This document shows positions 60,638 through 64,000 of a stretch of DNA of 64,000 nucleotides, piece by piece. Source of the DNA: Sulfolobales archaeon (GTDB taxonomy: Archaea; Thermoproteota; Thermoprotei_A; Sulfolobales; NBVN01). Within the stretch, counting starts at the first letter, position 1; every line of letters starts with the position of its first letter. The notes beneath the pieces were generated by a model. That model ran no database searches and was not told the DNA's origin. It was given only the letters and a program-made list of their open reading frames with translations. The position numbers and the translations under genes were made by a program. The stretch is taken from contig JAWBTQ010000001.1 of the NCBI GenBank assembly GCA_038841535.1, positions 64,001 through 128,000 of the forward strand, read 5' to 3'.

Positions 60638-60865
60638 ATGAGCGATGCTGCTCAGCGCTTACTAGGTGAGAACTTAGGTCAAGACGTGCTAGTTAAGCTG
60701 AGATCGAGCGAGTTAGTTAGGGGAAAGCTGAAAGGCTTTGACCAACACTTAAATATCGTACTAGAAGATGCCTACGAGCTAGCGGAAAACAAACCAAGAA
60801 GACTGGGTACGGTAGTGATAAGGGGAGAAAACATAGTAATGATATCTCCAGCAACCACTGGGTGA
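60638..60865 (+). CDS. Sm-like archaeal protein (Lsm/SmAP1)
   Basis: [25 protein letters not shown], upstream of rpl37e. Confidence 0.95.
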   Translation: MSDAAQRLLGENLGQDVLVKLRSSELVRGKLKGFDQHLNIVLEDAYELAENKPRRLGTVVIRGENIVMISPATTG

Positions 60866-60869
60866 GAAC

Positions 60870-61055
60870 GTGAAGGGTACTCCCTCGATGGGCAAGAGAA
60901 GCAAGGGAAAGACTCACATAAGGTGTAGAAGATGTGGAAGACACTCGTATAACGTAGCTAAAGGTTACTGCGCTGCTTGCGGTTTCGGGAGGAGTAGGAG
61001 GCTTAGGAGGTACTCATGGGCCTCTAAGAAAGTAAACAGAGTTAGAGTTAAATAG
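60870..61055 (+). CDS. rpl37e: 50S ribosomal protein L37e
   Basis: [24 protein letters not shown]. Confidence 0.97.
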   Translation: MKGTPSMGKRSKGKTHIRCRRCGRHSYNVAKGYCAACGFGRSRRLRRYSWASKKVNRVRVK

Positions 61056-61067
61056 TGGTATATTGAA

Positions 61068-61325
61068 ATGCCCCTCAAAAAGATAGTTCTCGACGTGCTT
61101 AAGACCATAAAAGGCACTTCACTAGTAGAACTTGCTGAAATGATCGTTAGACTAAATGGTGTAAGCAAAATATCAATTAACGTAAGTGAAGTAGACGTAG
61201 AAACCATAACCCTCAACGTCACTATCGAGGGTAACAACATAGACTTTTCTGAAGTAAGAGATATCATAGAGAAAGCTGGAGGCGTCATCCACAGCATAGA
61301 TTACGTTACAGCTGAGAAAGATTAA
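61068..61325 (+). CDS. DUF211 family protein
   Basis: VLDVLK, EVDVET, GGVIHSID. Confidence 0.88.
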   Translation: MPLKKIVLDVLKTIKGTSLVELAEMIVRLNGVSKISINVSEVDVETITLNVTIEGNNIDFSEVRDIIEKAGGVIHSIDYVTAEKD

Positions 61326-61346
61326 GCAAAACTAGTCGACTATAAA

Positions 61347-62486
61347 ATGGTGCTAGGAGAACTAGCTCTAATACTACTCTGTGTCGCACTATCTCACATA
61401 GCCTCTCTACCTCTCCTACTGCTTAAGCTACCTCCAATACCAGCCTACATAGCTGTTGGCATTCTGTTGCGCTCTACTCCTTTCAATATCTCTGGAATAA
61501 TCTGGGAGAACTTGGTCGGCTTCTCGCTAGTTTTCGTGGGTCTCCACGCCGGATTGTCGTCTAAGATCAAGCGAGATAGTATAAAGAGAATTGCGCTAGT
61601 ATCTCTAGTTAATGTCGGTGTTTCCGCAGCAGCTGTTTACATTTTCCTAGCTCTTCTGACAGGTGACTTCATCAAGAGCCTTTTAATGAGTGTACTGCTA
61701 GCTAATACCGCTACCGAGGGGGTACTGAGCTTGTCTAGGTACACTAAGCATAAGAGCGACGCAGAGATCGCTCTAGAAATATCTATCGGAGACGATATCG
61801 CAGTACTCTTGCTTTCCACTGTAGTTCTAGCACTCATAGGTACCCAGCAGACTTACGAGATATTGCTCGCTACCTTAGTTATAGCAGGTGTCACTATATT
61901 CCTCAGCGTGTTTTTAAAGAAGAATGTTGACCGAGCTATACTTAACACTATATCCATAGCAACTCTCTTCATTCTCATCGCTTTAACAGTAGATAATATA
62001 GGGCCACTAGTGGGGGGATACGTAGTTGGTATAGTACTAAGCTCTACGGCATCTTCAGGTGACCCGCTTTTAAAGGTAGCTAGAAACGTTGAAGCCTTAG
62101 TTGACGGACTGGAGCACGTTAACAGCTTAGTGTTTCTACCTCTAGTGTTCACGTATATAGGGCTGGGAGTCAGCATATCTGGGGCTAGCACACAGCTAGT
62201 TTGGTTAGGCTTACTTGGGGCTGTACTCGGAAAACATGCGGCTACCTCAGTATTGAAGAAGATAAATCTCGTGACTCCACTTAGTACTCGCGAAGTTGCG
62301 GCACTAATTACGGTCAGGGGCTCCCTAGAGTCAGCAATAGCTTTAACAGCACTAAAGTCTAAACTATTTACAGCTGAAGAGTTTGCGGCATTAATCATAA
62401 TATCTCTCTTAACTTACCCTATTTCAACAGCACTAGTAGCACTTAGCAGAAGGTCTATCTCGAAAGTGTTGCAAGTACTTACTTAG
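61347..62486 (+). CDS. CPA2-type cation/H+ antiporter
   Basis: About 11-12 TM segments, GDD motif, GK and RG motifs. Confidence 0.8.
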   Translation: MVLGELALILLCVALSHIASLPLLLLKLPPIPAYIAVGILLRSTPFNISGIIWENLVGFSLVFVGLHAGLSSKIKRDSIKRIALVSLVNVGVSAAAVYIFLALLTGDFIKSLLMSVLLANTATEGVLSLSRYTKHKSDAEIALEISIGDDIAVLLLSTVVLALIGTQQTYEILLATLVIAGVTIFLSVFLKKNVDRAILNTISIATLFILIALTVDNIGPLVGGYVVGIVLSSTASSGDPLLKVARNVEALVDGLEHVNSLVFLPLVFTYIGLGVSISGASTQLVWLGLLGAVLGKHAATSVLKKINLVTPLSTREVAALITVRGSLESAIALTALKSKLFTAEEFAALIIISLLTYPISTALVALSRRSISKVLQVLT

Positions 62487-62655
62487 CCTTTCAGATAGAA
62501 TTTTGCGCGTATACAGTAAAAAGCATGTCAGCTCTCCCTCACTCCACCACTTATTAATTATCGTGATATGACTTTCTGAGGACTTGAGAGAGGATCGGGC
62601 TTTTCTATGCTGCTAGTTACGTGAACAAAAAAGAGCTTGGCTTAGAGGTTCCCGC

Positions 62656-64000
62656 CTAGAGAGTTGAAGACCTTAGCACTAGAGCGTAAACATCTACCAG
62701 ACCGTAGCCGCTCTCTTGATCGTAGCCTGGGGAGCCTAGGTCTAACGCTGTAGACCTGGTTACCTCCATCATTTGCGCAGGTGTCAGCTTCTGCCTACCT
62801 GAAGCAAGCCTCATTGCTTGAGCTAGTGCGATGGCGGCTGATACGTGTGGGCAGGCCATACTGGTACCGCTTGCTACGACATGTCTGTTTCCTGGCCACG
62901 TCGATAGTACCCCGGACCCTGGAGCCACTACGTCCGGGTTCCTATTGCTCCAGCTAGGAACGCTATAGTACTTGTCAACCGCTCCAACCGCAATTACCTC
63001 GGGGTAACACGCAGGGCAGAGCGGGGTTGAGCCACCGGAGTTGCCGGCTGCTGCAACTAAAACTACTCCAGCACTATAAGCATACCTAATCGCATCATAC
63101 AGTACAGAGCTAGAGCCCCCACCAAAAGACATCGAAATAACGTCAGCATCGTCATCTGTGCCAACTACTCCATCGGGTCCCTTCACTGCCTCAACTATAC
63201 CTCTAGCTATGTCGCTCGCGTACCCCCTCCCCGAGGAGTCGAGGACTCTCACTGCGTAGAGGACTACCTTAGGTGCGACACCGGCAATACCCCAGTTGTT
63301 GAGTCTAGCGGCGGCTATCCCGGCTACGTGTGTTCCATGCCCGTTCGGGTCAGCACACTGAGATATGTCGCTACCTCTGTAGAGAGTGCCGCTTAACGAA
63401 GCAACACACCACACTACAGCGCCGGCGAGGTCTTGATGTGTGTAGTCTATACCTGTGTCCACTATGGCTAGCTGAACGGCTACACTATATCCGTATGCTG
63501 AGTCACCGTACTGAGTGCTCATTGCCCAGACCTTAGTTGCGTTAATTATCTGGACGTTCCACCCGATTGTGTCGTTATACGTTGTTGAGTCCGAGGGTGG
63601 GCTCGGGGTCTCTGGAGTGGGTGCCACCACTTTTACAGTTACGGTAGCTGATGCGTAAACGGAACCCCCACCGCTAGAGTCTACTACTGCTAGTGTCCAG
63701 CTGTAGGTGCCCGCCGTACTCGGTGCTGTAAACCCTAGCTTCCCTGAGTAGCTGAAACCCGCTGGTAAAGCTATGGTGTCCGTCCTAGCGACAGCTACAC
63801 CTCTTTCATTTCGTAACTCTACAACAACTAGGACGTCCACCTTACCTACGTTCTTGATAGTGAAGTACACCTCACCCTGATCCTCTACCGCAATTGTGAG
63901 CTCCTTTGTGTAGTCAGCTATACTTACTCTAGGCTTACTAACTCCCGAAGACTTACTAGAAGACTTACTACCCAACTCAAGCACTACGTCTTCCTCAACG
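62656..64000 (-). CDS. S8 subtilisin-like serine protease, 5' end beyond the window
   Basis: Triad motifs VDTG, HGTHVAG, AAAGN, GTSMA. The frame stays open to the window edge (..VEEDVV). Confidence 0.93.
   Translation of the reverse strand, partial: VEEDVVLELGSKSSSKSSGVSKPRVSIADYTKELTIAVEDQGEVYFTIKNVGKVDVLVVVELRNERGVAVARTDTIALPAGFSYSGKLGFTAPSTAGTYSWTLAVVDSSGGGSVYASATVTVKVVAPTPETPSPPSDSTTYNDTIGWNVQIINATKVWAMSTQYGDSAYGYSVAVQLAIVDTGIDYTHQDLAGAVVWCVASLSGTLYRGSDISQCADPNGHGTHVAGIAAARLNNWGIAGVAPKVVLYAVRVLDSSGRGYASDIARGIVEAVKGPDGVVGTDDDADVISMSFGGGSSSVLYDAIRYAYSAGVVLVAAAGNSGGSTPLCPACYPEVIAVGAVDKYYSVPSWSNRNPDVVAPGSGVLSTWPGNRHVVASGTSMACPHVSAAIALAQAMRLASGRQKLTPAQMMEVTRSTALDLGSPGYDQESGYGLVDVYALVLRSSTL

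Overview
A 64-kb stretch of an archaeal genome. It is most likely a hyperthermophilic crenarchaeon of Desulfurococcales type, judged from Cdc6, TBP, aCPSF1, proteasome beta, EgsA, the long-form eS6, Lsm-eL37 and GC-rich intron-less tRNAs. Most of it is housekeeping and peptide-catabolism genes, with two tRNAs (Leu-TAG, Ala-GGC) and no CRISPR array. The intergenic DNA holds four C/D-box guide RNAs; three have readable predicted targets (16S C1402, 23S U2552, tRNA-Thr U34). It also holds decayed IS607 and IS200/IS605 relics and a two-copy, roughly 230-260 nt structured element with K-turn-like boxes that resembles the non-coding end of an archaeal IS110. The best candidate for an undescribed system is split in two. 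One part is a GlmL/MutL-like actin-fold ATPase with a lipoyl-like/KOW partner (0.8-3.8 kb), with no glutamate mutase in the window. The other is a five-gene uncharacterised membrane operon headed by a DUF6754-like gene (51.2-54.6 kb). A copy of the repeated element lies upstream of each part. Family assignments come from motif recognition by eye, not from database searches.
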